DNA of 64,000 nucleotides, taken from Octopus vulgaris (Eukaryota). Below, piece after piece: positions 52,850 through 64,000 of this stretch. The notes under the pieces were generated by a model. It made no database searches, had not been told where the DNA came from, and saw only the letters and a list, made by a program, of their open reading frames with translations. The translations under genes and the position numbers were made by a program. Location of the stretch: the NCBI GenBank assembly GCA_951406725.2, contig OX597821.1, forward strand, positions 51,274,001-51,338,000. Direction: 5' to 3'. The number at the start of each line of letters is the position of its first letter. The stretch's first letter is position 1.

Positions 52850-54030
52850 TCGACCAGGGTGTTCATATCATCTTCCAGAAGGTTAATGGCTGCAAATCTG
52901 CCAGACACTTTCGCACTAATCACCACGGCAACCTACACCAATTCAAATATGTGTGGTTCTTAACTAAAGACTCCTTTTTTCAGCTTGAACCTCGTTGTCA
53001 TCATGACCAAATCATGATCACTGTTGAAATCTGCACCAGGGAAAGCCGTCTTGATGCTTGATTTAAGCGAATGAGATGTGAGAATGAAGTCAATTTAGTT
53101 GTGAGTTCTGCCGCTAGGTGCATATCATGTTGTTCTACGCGAGATCATCTTTGGACAATGTGTTGACTACGGTAAGCTTGTGAGTGCTAGTAAATTCTAG
53201 GTGTCGTAGTTCACGATCGCTGGTTCCTCCGATCTCGTATCGTCCGACAACATCAAGTAAGCACTTCAGGAACTGCCTTGGGAAGCGCTAGGATGAAGAA
53301 CGAAAAAGAAACTTTCTGTCGCTGGTGACATCTTGAACCTATGTGATTTAGGACGCATCCCGAAGAAGACCAAATTGACGGGGCTGGATGCAAGTCAGCG
53401 ATACAATGCTGTCAATAGGAAGGTTAGAAAAAAATGAGGGAATCCAAAGAGGAATGGATAGCTGACCAGTGCAAATTCATAGAAACTGGAATTAAAAAAA
53501 GGAAACCGCAAGACAGCTTATGAAACCCTCAAAATCCAAGCGAAAATAAAGAAACATAACACCACTATCAACGAGGACAAAACAAGCCTGGCCCTCACAT
53601 ATGAGAATGATGTCCTCAAAAGATGGTCTCAGTATTGCAAAGACCTTTACGATTACAAACTCAAACATGACAGCAACATCCAAGACAATTCTCACCATAA
53701 TAACAGTGAATTTAGGGATGCTCTAATTCTCCAGAAGAAGTCGAAGAGTTAGTGCACATACTCAAAGATGGGAAATCCCCATGCTGGATAATGGATAACA
53801 ACCCATCAGAGCTTTTAGAGATAGAGGCTGAAAGATTATCATGACACTAACAGTCTCCTATTACAAGGTATGGGAAACGAACCAGTGGACAACGGAATGG
53901 ACCTAATCACTGATGATACATATTCCCAAAAAATGCAACTTAAGGCTGTCAACATTATAAGAGAATCAACTTGATTAGCCACCCCAGCAAAGTATTGCTA
54001 ATAGTTCTTCAAAAAAGATCGAAGGGAAAA
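52850..54030 (+). mobile_element. RTE-clade LINE fragment with inverted 5' segment
   Basis: Minus 53245-52850 is APE endonuclease (VGRYEIG..HLEF..THN*IDFIL..FPGADFNSDHDLVM..GRFAAINLLEDDMNTLV). Plus 53246-54030 continues DNIK*ALQE..DILNLCD..KEEWI..VLKRWSQYC..GKSP..IPKK..INLISHPSKVLL. Confidence 0.88.
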
Positions 54031-54589
54031 CAGAAGCAGTTCAATTTCTTTATCACCAAAAAAAAAATTTGTAGTTCAAAGACAGCAGAAAAATCTAGAA
54101 AATTCGAAAGTTATATCCCGAGAGACTAAAGCTGTGCAAGTCTTATGCCAGTAAATGCACATTGTGTATAAATGAAACTCTTTAAGTATCAACTGCAACT
54201 GACAAAACCTGGATAGGTGAAGAAAAGCTTTGCAAGATCGTAATGCATCGTAACACATCGTAATGCAGAGAGTTTTCACCCTTTGGAAATACAATAAAAT
54301 AAAAGAGTTATTTGCATAGGTAACCGTTTTTAATGCTAAAAACGTTGTTAATTTTTTGTCCAGCAAATTCATGTACAGAAAACACATTGTCTGCTATTGC
54401 TAGTGGTACATATATGTAGTGGCGTCATCTTGGATACCTCGAATAAATCAACATTCTCTGCTCGATGAAACGTGTACCACGTGAAACTCCAAGTAAGGGC
54501 TCAGGAGAAACCACCCTCATCTATAATATATTCAATGTTTTAGATTTTGCTCTTCATATAACTACAAAATATCTGAAAAGAAATAATTT

Positions 54590-54730
54590 GCCTGACTATG
54601 AAGTAAGAAGTTTGCTTCTCCATCACATGGTTCCAGGTTCATTCCCGATGTGTTCTATATAGAGTGTCTTCCGATTTATTACCGGGACGACCAAAGCCTC
54701 GTGAGTGCATTTGGTAGCTCTAAGGTGAAA
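54590..54730 (+). mobile_element. SINE family 1 head, degenerate
   Basis: GTAAGAAGTTTGCTTC..CACATGGTTCCAGGTTCA..GACCAAAGCCTCGTGAGTG. Confidence 0.65.
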
Positions 54731-55089
54731 CAACATCGTTGTATATATAGTTTAAAGATATTTGGACGGAATGATATTACCGTTATCTCTTGTGGAAGGA
54801 TGAGTCGATTCCTCGGGGCCATTTCCATCTCCCAACATGAGAGTTGATGCAAAATAGAAAATAGGTCTGCGATAGTTGCTTTTACCTTGTCTCACCTTCT
54901 GTTACGAATCTAATATTATTGGGTTGTGGTGGGTGCTAATTGTAGTACATAACACTGTAGGCCTGCCCATTTGATAATTTCTGTAAGGCCTTGTCAAGCC
55001 TCCACTTACACCGATACTCTTTCAATATCTCATGACATCTGCATACATGTTTGTTACTTTACAATCCATCCCGTTTGAGAATTCATAGT

Positions 55090-55270
55090 ACGCCGGGTAA
55101 AATGCCTAGCGGCATTTCATCCGTCTTTACATTCTGATTTCAAACATCACCAAAGTCGACCTTGCCTTTCATCCTTTCGGACCTCATAAAATAGGTACCA
55201 GTTGAACACTGGGGTCAATGTAATCGACTTGGCCCCTTCACCGAAAATGACTGTTTTGTGCCAAAATTTG
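55090..55270 (+). mobile_element. SINE family 3
   Basis: GTCGACCTTGCCTTTCATCCTTTCGG..AAATAGGTACCAGTTGAACACTGGGGTC. Confidence 0.8.
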
Positions 55271-56159
55271 TCATCAATATATGCGTGATCCTTATTTTCA
55301 CGGTGCAGTCTCACCAGCATTTTAAGTGAATAAATTTTAAGTTGAATAAATTTTCAACAATGAAATAAAAGTTTTATTGCTTTAATCTAAACAAAAGATT
55401 AAAAATGTATATGTGAAAATTACCCATATATTTAATTCTGTTTGGAGCTAATACTTCCATAAAATATTAAATAATCTTATTTTGCTAGAATATATTCTGT
55501 TGTGTGAATGTAATTATTAAATACCATATTTTCCCCCACTTTTCTAAAATTCTGTCACTGACATGGATAAGTGGCACAAAATTTCGTTGCAAATCTTTTA
55601 CGGCTGATATCAATGAAATACAGCACTTTAATCGAAGGCTATTTTTGCAAACGAATGTCATTTAGTTTTCTTTTTATCAGCTTTTATAAAACTGTGATTT
55701 TGCCAGAAATATTCTGAATATTTTCATATTTGTATATTATTTATTTTCTACTGAAGTTTCTGCTTCTTGCGTTTCAGTAATAACTTTGAGCCGTTTCACC
55801 CCCCCTCCAGAACTTACATCAACGAAATCTCAATGGGATGAAAAAAAAAAAAAAAAATGTTTTCTCTTTCTAAATTAATACTCAGGAATTCAATTGCAGT
55901 TAGTGTTAATAGCAAATGTTTGAAATCACTCGTAAAGTAGCTCTCGCTTTCGCTTTCCCAAATAACAAAAAATATGAAAAACGAAACAGCTACAATATGT
56001 TTAATGAAGAGCCACTTTGATTACAGGACGAATTCATTTGAAGATTATTTCAAATCTTTCAATCTAAGGAATTGTGTTGGAATATTGAAACCCCACACAC
56101 ACTCACACGCACGCACACACACACATACATACAAGCATGTATACATACATACATACATG

Positions 56160-56195
<36 letters not shown>

Positions 56196-56213
56196 TGTAT
56201 ACATACATACATG

Positions 56214-56284
<71 letters not shown>

Positions 56285-56289
<5 letters not shown>

Positions 56290-56430
56290 ATTTACGAAAA
56301 ACAAAACAACAAAAGACGATGATGGGTCTGTAAACAACAAACAGATGTATTAGTTTAACACTCGGGAAGTGAGAAATTCGTCTACGTTTCGAGCCTACGC
56401 TTTTCGACAGAAAGGAAGACAGGGAGAGAA
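56285..56430 (-). mobile_element. PLE terminal-repeat fragment, family A, with A6U hammerhead motif (56381-56415)
   Basis: Minus strand reads CCUUU CUGUCGA A AAGC GUAG GCUC GAAA CG UA GACG (stems partly decayed). Lies between (GA)n and (TA)n. Confidence 0.8.
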
Positions 56431-56612
56431 AATTATATATATATAAATATATATATATAAAATAATAATAATAATATTAAGGAATATTATTCCAAATTTT
56501 TTTTCTATATGGTATAATTTAATTATATCATTGTTATTTCATTGTTGAATTGATAAAAGCTGGTTCTTCTCTAATTTATATACATACATACATACATACA
56601 TACATACATACA

Positions 56613-56647
<35 letters not shown>

Positions 56648-57269
56648 TTATATATGTATATATATATATATATCTTGCATACATTTAGTTAGATGTATGT
56701 TTGGGTATGTACATACACTTCTACTTATAGATATATATATACAATATTCTGGTTACATTAACCAGGACCTGGATCCCAGCGACCGTGTATTCAGGGACTG
56801 GGTGGGGAAAAAGTAAGCCTGCTTGTGACAAAGACGAAAATGAGCTGGTCAGGTTGGACCTGGCAAATTGGACAGTTGCTTCGAGGAGTAGCTTGTTGAT
56901 GTAATTGAATGACTTCTATGAGAATAGACTGAACAGTAGGAATGAATATCGAATACATCTATATAAGGAATGAATATCTATATTCTCTCTTAAGTATAAC
57001 TTCTAAGGCGTCTAATGGTTTTAGTTACTGTTATTTGCTTCTTCAGCAGGTGTTGTTCGCTAGCTATAAATAATAGTAGGTGGCTAAAGTTGAAGTACAA
57101 AGGGACCTAAACGTACAATATTTGCACTAATAAAATATTCTGACAAATAATTTATTCTATCAAATTGTTTAGATTCAATGCTTATAGTTCAGTTTTTATC
57201 TAAAATTATATTCCTTCCACCCACACGTTTATATTTCTGTATGTATGCATGAAATTTCTAATGTTTCAG

Positions 57270-57434
57270 TTACAACACGCCAAATTAACCAAAAAAAGAA
57301 ATGTATTATCGGAGATCTTATCAATATCTCTTGGTTCACACTTTGAGGAAAACGAGAGGAAAACGATCCGCAGAGAATTGACGGCGATAAATACGGAAAT
57401 AATGAAAAAACAACAATGCAGGACTGTTCATTAA
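57270..57434 (+). CDS. Candidate terminal coding exon (unverified)
   Basis: Acceptor GTTTCAG, then phase-0 open frame LQHAKLTKKRNVLSEILSISLGSHFEENERKTIRRELTAINTEIMKKQQCRTVH*. Non-repetitive with helical, protein-like composition. Confidence 0.35.
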   Translation, partial: LQHAKLTKKRNVLSEILSISLGSHFEENERKTIRRELTAINTEIMKKQQCRTVH

Positions 57435-57536
57435 AGTAAAACCCAATATATTTATATCGTAGGAATCTATGTATAATATTGATACATACTATATAACAAA
57501 CATTACTCACACACACATACACACACCCACACACGC

Positions 57537-57573
<37 letters not shown>

Positions 57574-57679
57574 CATACATACATATAAAAAGATAGATAG
57601 CTAGATATAGGTACATAATATAAGTGTATAAATATATATATGTATGTATATCTATATGGATATATGGATATATATATAT

Positions 57680-57796
57680 GGGGAGAGTTTACGAAAAAAA
57701 CAAAAGACGAAGACAGGTGGTGTACAAGACAAACAGATCTATTATTATAACGCTCAGGAAGAAAAAAAGTCTTTTACGTTTCGAGCCTACGCTCTT

Positions 57797-57800
<4 letters not shown>
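57680..57800 (-). mobile_element. PLE terminal-repeat fragment, family A, truncated inside the hammerhead core, flanked by (TA)n
   Basis: GAGAGTTTACGAAAAAAACAAAAGACGAAGACAGG...TTTTACGTTTCGAGCCTACGCTCTTC followed by (TA)n. Confidence 0.85.
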
Positions 57801-57843
<43 letters not shown>

Positions 57844-59604
57844 GTACACATATATACATATGTATATATATGTACACATATATACATACACACGCACACA
57901 CACATATATATACGGAGAGAGAGAGAGTGTGTGAGAGAGAGAGCCGGAGAGAAAGAGACTAAACTCTTAACGTCAAGTTACACGATGACGCTTTCTTAGC
58001 AAACAGTAAATCTGCTTAAAGTAATAATGCAAGTTTTGTTTTTAAACCTTCTACATTGTGTTAGGTAGAGGAAAAGTGAATTGAAGCCACATGGGATGTA
58101 CCTGTGTAATACAATAGTTCTATCACTTTGTGTGACCTTGAACTTGTCTGAGTTTACGTTAAGAATACAAGTATCAGAAGAATATTCTGCTCCTGAATAG
58201 TCTACAAGGAGTGTTGAAACTATGAAAATCCAGTGAAAGGCTGGTCATCTAACCCAAAGTGACTGACCCTGTTTGAGTCAATTTCAATATTTTCAACATT
58301 AGAAATTAAATATATACTTCGTTTAACAGTTTGAATCATTATTTAATAGACGAGTTATATTACATTCCCTTAATACATAATGCAGCATCAATAACGATAT
58401 GCCTACTTCAGAGAATTTAATAGACTGCTCTCCCTTAAATAGGTGCTAAAACATCACATCATATTATTAAGCTGGTTCCAACAGGACAACTTATTCATAA
58501 ACAGCGAAACAAACTAGTCCTCCATTTTATTCATATTAATATTTACCAAACTAAAGTTGAATTAGAATACCGTTCTAAAAATGTTGAAACATTTATTTTT
58601 TTCTATAGCATAATTATTTTGTTTGGCATTTTTTGTAAAAAGTACTCTGAAACAAATATAGAAAATTATATCAAAATTCATCAGAACAGAAATAAATACA
58701 TTTTCATCGGTGGTGTGTCTACAATTTTGGAAAACATCGAAATAAATTGTCGTCACATGGGACTATAAATGAGGTTTTTCTTTATTTATTTTCCTCGGCC
58801 TCATAAATATTTCATAGACCACTGCCTACAGCAATATTCTGTATAAATTGACAGATTTGTAACTATTTTTATGGGGTTTTAAACAAATTCATATAAACTG
58901 AACTTGAAGACGAAACACAACTTGAAAATGAAGTGTATGTGTTATTTCTTGATTCACTTTAACTCGTTATGGATGGTACAATTATCTACAAGAATTACTA
59001 CTACAATGCTAATCTAATTATCAAACATAATAACTCCTGATTTTAATACTATAAACGATAATTAAAATACAGACCAAGCATAAATAAAAATTTATTTCAC
59101 ACGAATATATTCCGCCTACTTAAGGACATGTGTCAATGTAATATATCCATAAAAAAGGAGATTAAAATTTAATGTATTTACAAAGTATTTATCAATTCAA
59201 ACATATCTTTTGGTTGGTATTATTGTTATTTTTATAGTATTTAATACTTATAATGTTCATTTGCAATTGAAGAATGAATGAGATAATCGGAAACAGATTT
59301 CATTTTTAAATAAATACGGTGTTAAATGGCAATAAATAAATGTAGTAAATATTTGGTTGATACTTCATTGTAATGGGTTCAGCTAAAATATATTCAGGTG
59401 TTGATTATGATGTCTTACACAGCATCTTAGAAAAGAAGATACGTTTGTTACATTATAGATTAATGTTTATTATGCGTTTCTCTGAAATGAAAATACTGTT
59501 TATCATTATTACATTGTGTATGAAAGGCCAGTAAGATAACTAAATCCACTATTAAGTAAAGTATTCTAGATGTAATATGGAATAAATGTTTATTTATTAA
59601 TGTT

Positions 59605-60110
59605 TGTTTCAAATTTTGGTACAAGGCCAGGAATTTGGGGGGAGAGATCTAGTCAATTACATCAACCACAGAGTTCAACTGGTACATATTTTAGCGATCC
59701 CGAATGGATGAAAGGCAAATTCGACTCCGACAACATTATTTATTTATTAATATTGATAACTACCAAGACGGCGTGCTGGCAGAATCGTTAGCAAGCCGGG
59801 CGAAATGCTCAGCGGTATTCATCCTTTCGGGGTCGATTAAATAAGTACCAGTTACGCACTGCAATCGATATAATCGACTTAATCCGTTTGTCTGTCCTTG
59901 TTTGTCCCCTCTGTGTTTAGCCGCTTGTGGGAATTTAAAAAATAGGTATTTCGTCTGCTGCTACGTTCTGAGTTCAAATTCCGCCGAGGTTGACTTTGCC
60001 TTTCATCCTTTCGAGATCGATAAATTAAGTGCCAATTGCGTACTGGAGTCGATCTAATCGACTGCCCCCTCCCCCAAAATTTCGGACCTTGTGCCTAGAG
60101 TAGAAAAGAA
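59605..60110. mobile_element. Cluster of SINE family 3 copies (minus 59605-59730; plus 59765-60110 with nested insert ~59820-59950)
   Basis: Core CATCCTTTCG..GTCGAT.AA..AAGTACCAG is present twice on plus and once on minus. Confidence 0.85.
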
Positions 60111-60865
60111 TATTTATAATTAACGACAAATTGCGTGGGGTTCCCGATTTCAATGCAAACGAAACAAACTGCAGATTGCTACGAATCATAAATATTTAAA
60201 AACAAAGCTATATACTTTTTAATATCTTGTTATATCTTCATCATTTGTTCAGCCAATTGTGGCAAAGTCCTTAAATTATGAGTGCAATGCGTCGGTGCAC
60301 ACCATTTATTGGTACCTTTAATAAGGTATCACAGATCGATAAATCAATTTACTCGAGGAATGAAGGTTTTTAAACTTAAGATCAGCATATAGAACTCTAC
60401 TATTTTTAATGCGGCCAGTACAGATCATCCTCAAACTAAAATAATGGATGGTTACGTTAAGAATGTTTTTACGGTGTTCTACTCGATCAGTACTGATCTG
60501 ATGTCGAAGCTACACGACTTATATTTGTTATTCAAATATACATACATCAGTTGTTCTGTTCAAATGTCTACATGTCCGTCCGGTCATTTAGTATTCAATA
60601 GTTACATCTCCAGTAACTTTGTAATCAAATACCTATATGTAAGCTCATTTGCAACTTAAATATTTATGTGGGCTTTGTTTTGGTATTTATTGCAGGAATT
60701 GCTGCTGTAGTTTAATCCCTCGCCAATCATGATTGAGAATTGAAATTTTCTTTTTTAATCTTAGTACGTGTTTTTGGAACATGAAAACCTCTTGATCACA
60801 ATACATACTATAATTCGATGAATAATTTCATAAAAGGAAACTAACAAATGTTATTTGCTTCATTT

Positions 60866-62445
60866 GAAAAAAAATGTCACCAGTTTTGACACAAATCATG
60901 CAAAATTCTAGTGGGTTCATAACGCTTACACAAGTTTTTATCAAACTTGACTCAATGCAATATCAGCTTTCTAGTTGAAATAGTTTCGAGCCTTTTAAAC
61001 TATAATCACAAGGTGGCACTAGATTCACACTTCTGTATTTCCGCTGCTTAAATCCTTGTAAACGTAAGAGAGGTGTGGAATAAAAGTGTATTTATACATT
61101 TTTAAGATTACTAAATGGAAATCGCGCTATGCAAAGGTTCAAAACTAGGCTAATTTAAGAGAGACCACTACAAGCAATCGATAACATACAAAATTTAAAA
61201 CTATACGCATTTTAAACTTTATAAGTTTAATTCCAATTTTAAACAACTGTATAAGAAAAAGGGTGCTGAATGTTAGCAAATTTTTAAACTAAGAATTAAT
61301 ATGTTTTGTCAGATAAAATATATCGAAGCTGAAGTTTTTCTTTCTTTTTACAAATATCATATCTTGAAAACACTTGATTGCCCGTTGTGCACTCTGAATT
61401 GTTCTGGGTATTTCCTGTTTTGATGGTTTTTCTACTCCAAAAATTTTTTACAGTGTTCAATGCTTTTTTTTATGAACTTGTAGGCTACCACATAACTTCT
61501 GATAACCAAGTGCATCGAACATTTGGTCAGTAAACCAAAAACCTACCCAGTTGTAAGAGATGAATCAACTAACATTGATAAGCAAATCTCTTTTCTCTGG
61601 TAGAAGAATAAACGCTAAAACGCTAGTATTACTCGAGAATTCCATCTTGCATTATTTAAGTTGGGTATTTTTTGAAACTTTACAGTAAGAAATTGCTGGT
61701 TTCTTCAAAGAAACGAAATATTCTGGTCAAATGAAGTAGAAATTTCATGTCATCTCGCTACCCAGGTGATTCAGTAATCTTTACTTCACCATTGTTGAAA
61801 TTAGCTTGGAGTTTCTCGTAATTACTTAGAAGCTATGGTATGAACATATAGTCAGTATTGAGCTATGGTATGAACATATAGTCAATATATTGAGAGATGA
61901 CCTTATTCTCTAAGTTCTTTACTTCTTTCGAAATTTCCTTTGTTATTTCTTTCCTACCTTTGATGGTACCTCCAAGGAAAAGGTAGCGACCGTCAATTTG
62001 AAGTTTAATTCGTATCCTGCAGTTGTTTTCCAACGAATGCTCTTCTAGAGGAACAAGTCTTCTTTTCCTATGTGTCTTGAAATTGCACGGGATTGTTCGT
62101 CCAGATATAATTGTCTCTTTGAGTGACACAAACACTTTTCTTATGAGGCATTATTTTAGATACTCTAGTTAGATAGGCCTACTATTTTGAAAAACAGTCA
62201 ATATAGTCAGACTTTTTAGCGTCATAGAAATAAAAAGGAGAGGAAGAGGATATTTCCTAAAGCAGGGCCTAAGTAGTAATAAATTGAAAACTCTATAATT
62301 CCTAAACTGCTTAAATTTAAATGCTGAAATTAGAGATATACTGCTTCTGTATTGCATTAAGTCAGCACACCAAGTTTGGTATAGGCAGTATGAACCCCAC
62401 TAGAATCTTGCATGATTTGGATCAAAAGTAGTGTTAGATTTCTTC
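60866..62445 (-). mobile_element. DNA transposon deletion derivative, hAT superfamily (hATm-like), with ~78-bp inverted repeats
   Basis: 60884-60962 is an imperfect reverse complement of 62350-62427. Minus-strand decayed transposase reads G*RDDMKFLLHL..IPNLNNARWNSRVILA/LAFILLP..WFTDQ..IPRTIQSAQRAIK..LQLRYIL. The family assignment rests on recalled RDDY/ARW/N..AER motifs. Confidence 0.7.
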
Positions 62446-62629
62446 TGTTAGTGGTGGTGGTGGTGGTGGTGGTGGTGGGGAAAGTTTTTGTAAAAATATA
62501 CTTAGAATAAAAGAATATTTTCCATATTTATGTGATTCTTCATCGACTTTTAATATAGGAAATTGTTTACTGCCAAAAAGATCGAAGCCTAATGTATATA
62601 TATACACAGAGAGAGAGAGAGAGGGAGGC

Positions 62630-62850
62630 TAAGCCGGCGAGCAGGTAATAGCGTTAGTGGGTCGCATGTAATGCTTGATGGCATTTCGTTCAATTCTTTA
62701 CGTTCTGGGCGCAAATTCCGTCGAGGTCGACTTTGTCTTTTATTTATTCTTTCGGTGTCGATAAAATATGTAACAGTTAAACATTGGGGACGATGTAATC
62801 ACTTGACGTCTTCCTTGAAGTTACTGACCTTGTGCCAAAGATTGAAACCA
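62630..62850 (+). mobile_element. SINE family 3
   Basis: CGTTCTGGGCGCAAATTCCGTCGAGGTCGACTTTG..GTCGATAAAAT..CCTTGTGCCAAAGATTGAAA. Confidence 0.8.
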
Positions 62851-64000
62851 TTATATATGAACGTTGGCAAAAACAGATTATTTACTAGTGTTTTCTCATT
62901 GACGTAAATCTCAATGGACTATTCCAACCTTGAAATCGCAAAGAGATGCATATTACGATTGTATAGTACATTCATAATTGAATTATGAGTCACTCTTTTG
63001 TCAATTTGTAATGATGAGATCAAATTACAAGATGTTTTCAATAAAATTCCAGCAAAAAATAATATATATCTGTGTGTGTATGTGGATGTGTGTGCGTGTG
63101 TGTATCCACACACATCCACACACACACACACACACGCACACACACACGCACACACACACGCACACGCATATAACATACGTAATCAAATATTAATTGCAAA
63201 ATACACAATTTTATTGAGAATGATGCAGAAAGCTAATCATCAATGCCATGATGGTTAGTCATAGAGTTCTTCAGAAAAAATATCTTATTATTCCTTGCAA
63301 TTCTCTAAAAGTTATAAGAATTTTTTCAAGACAAAGTATTCTTAAAATTACTAAAATATTGTAAAACTCTTCAAACAAAGAGTATGATCCGTGTTATTGT
63401 AGAGTAGGGTGTTAAAAATAAATAATCTTTCAGTAGTGAATTAACTTTTTATTCGTTTGATAATAGAATTTTTCATGGGAAAGTTTAATGCAAAACAAAT
63501 GTCCACTTGGGGAATTTTCTATAGTAAAAAATTGGTTTTTAGTATTTTCGTTCAATATCTAATTTTTCTTCTTTATGTTGCCTTTCAAAACTTATATTCA
63601 GTCAATTGATTAGCTCTCTTTTCTCTCTCTTTCCGATATTTTATTCCTTCTAAGGATGCTCTTGCGGGAAATCATATGAAATGTAACAAATTTCTCCTGC
63701 TGACATTTACCTTCCGTTGAGTAAATCTCCAAAGAGATAAATTATATGTAACTGCTTTAAGAAATCGCAGGCGTTAAAGAAATCATCAAACAAACAATAT
63801 TTCTGCTATGATTGAATAGCCTAAAAGCTGATTGCCAGTCCTATGATTTCTCATGTTTATTTGGTGATTACAGTTAAAACAATTGTTTATTAATAACTCC
63901 AAAAACTATATTGATATTAAGTCTTTATTTATTTTAAAAGTACAATTTTTGTATTGTTTTATTTTCATTTGGTTCCATAACGCTTTATTTGTGGTTGTAC

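Overview
AT-rich, repeat-saturated animal genomic DNA. The SINE families and extreme (TA)n/(CA)n/(TATC)n microsatellite load suggest a coleoid cephalopod, probably Octopus; this is an inference from memory, not a database result. Almost all listed ORFs are microsatellite artefacts. The recognisable coding content is transposon-derived: one young 5'-truncated Penelope-like element (PLE, Neptune-type RT + Cys linker + GIY-YIG, minus strand, ~6.3-8.8 kb), decayed PLEs (1.0-1.9, 34.3-34.5 and 42.6-43.8 kb), maT/DD37D, DD41D-like and DD34D mariner relics, RTE and HERO-like LINE fragments, a hATm-like deletion derivative with inverted repeats, and about 20 tRNA-derived SINEs. The most notable signal is a dispersed set of short PLE terminal-repeat fragments in or beside (TA)n tracts. 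They carry minimal type-I hammerhead ribozyme folds with non-canonical cores: a CUGUNGA (A6U) family whose position 7 varies between copies, and two different U3-A8 covariant motifs. Also present are a perfect 107-bp inverted duplication inserted in (TA)n, a degenerate 24-bp minisatellite rich in CANNTG/TGATCA, a near-contiguous LINE inversion, and two weakly supported candidate host exons. Most repeat boundaries were read by eye and are approximate.
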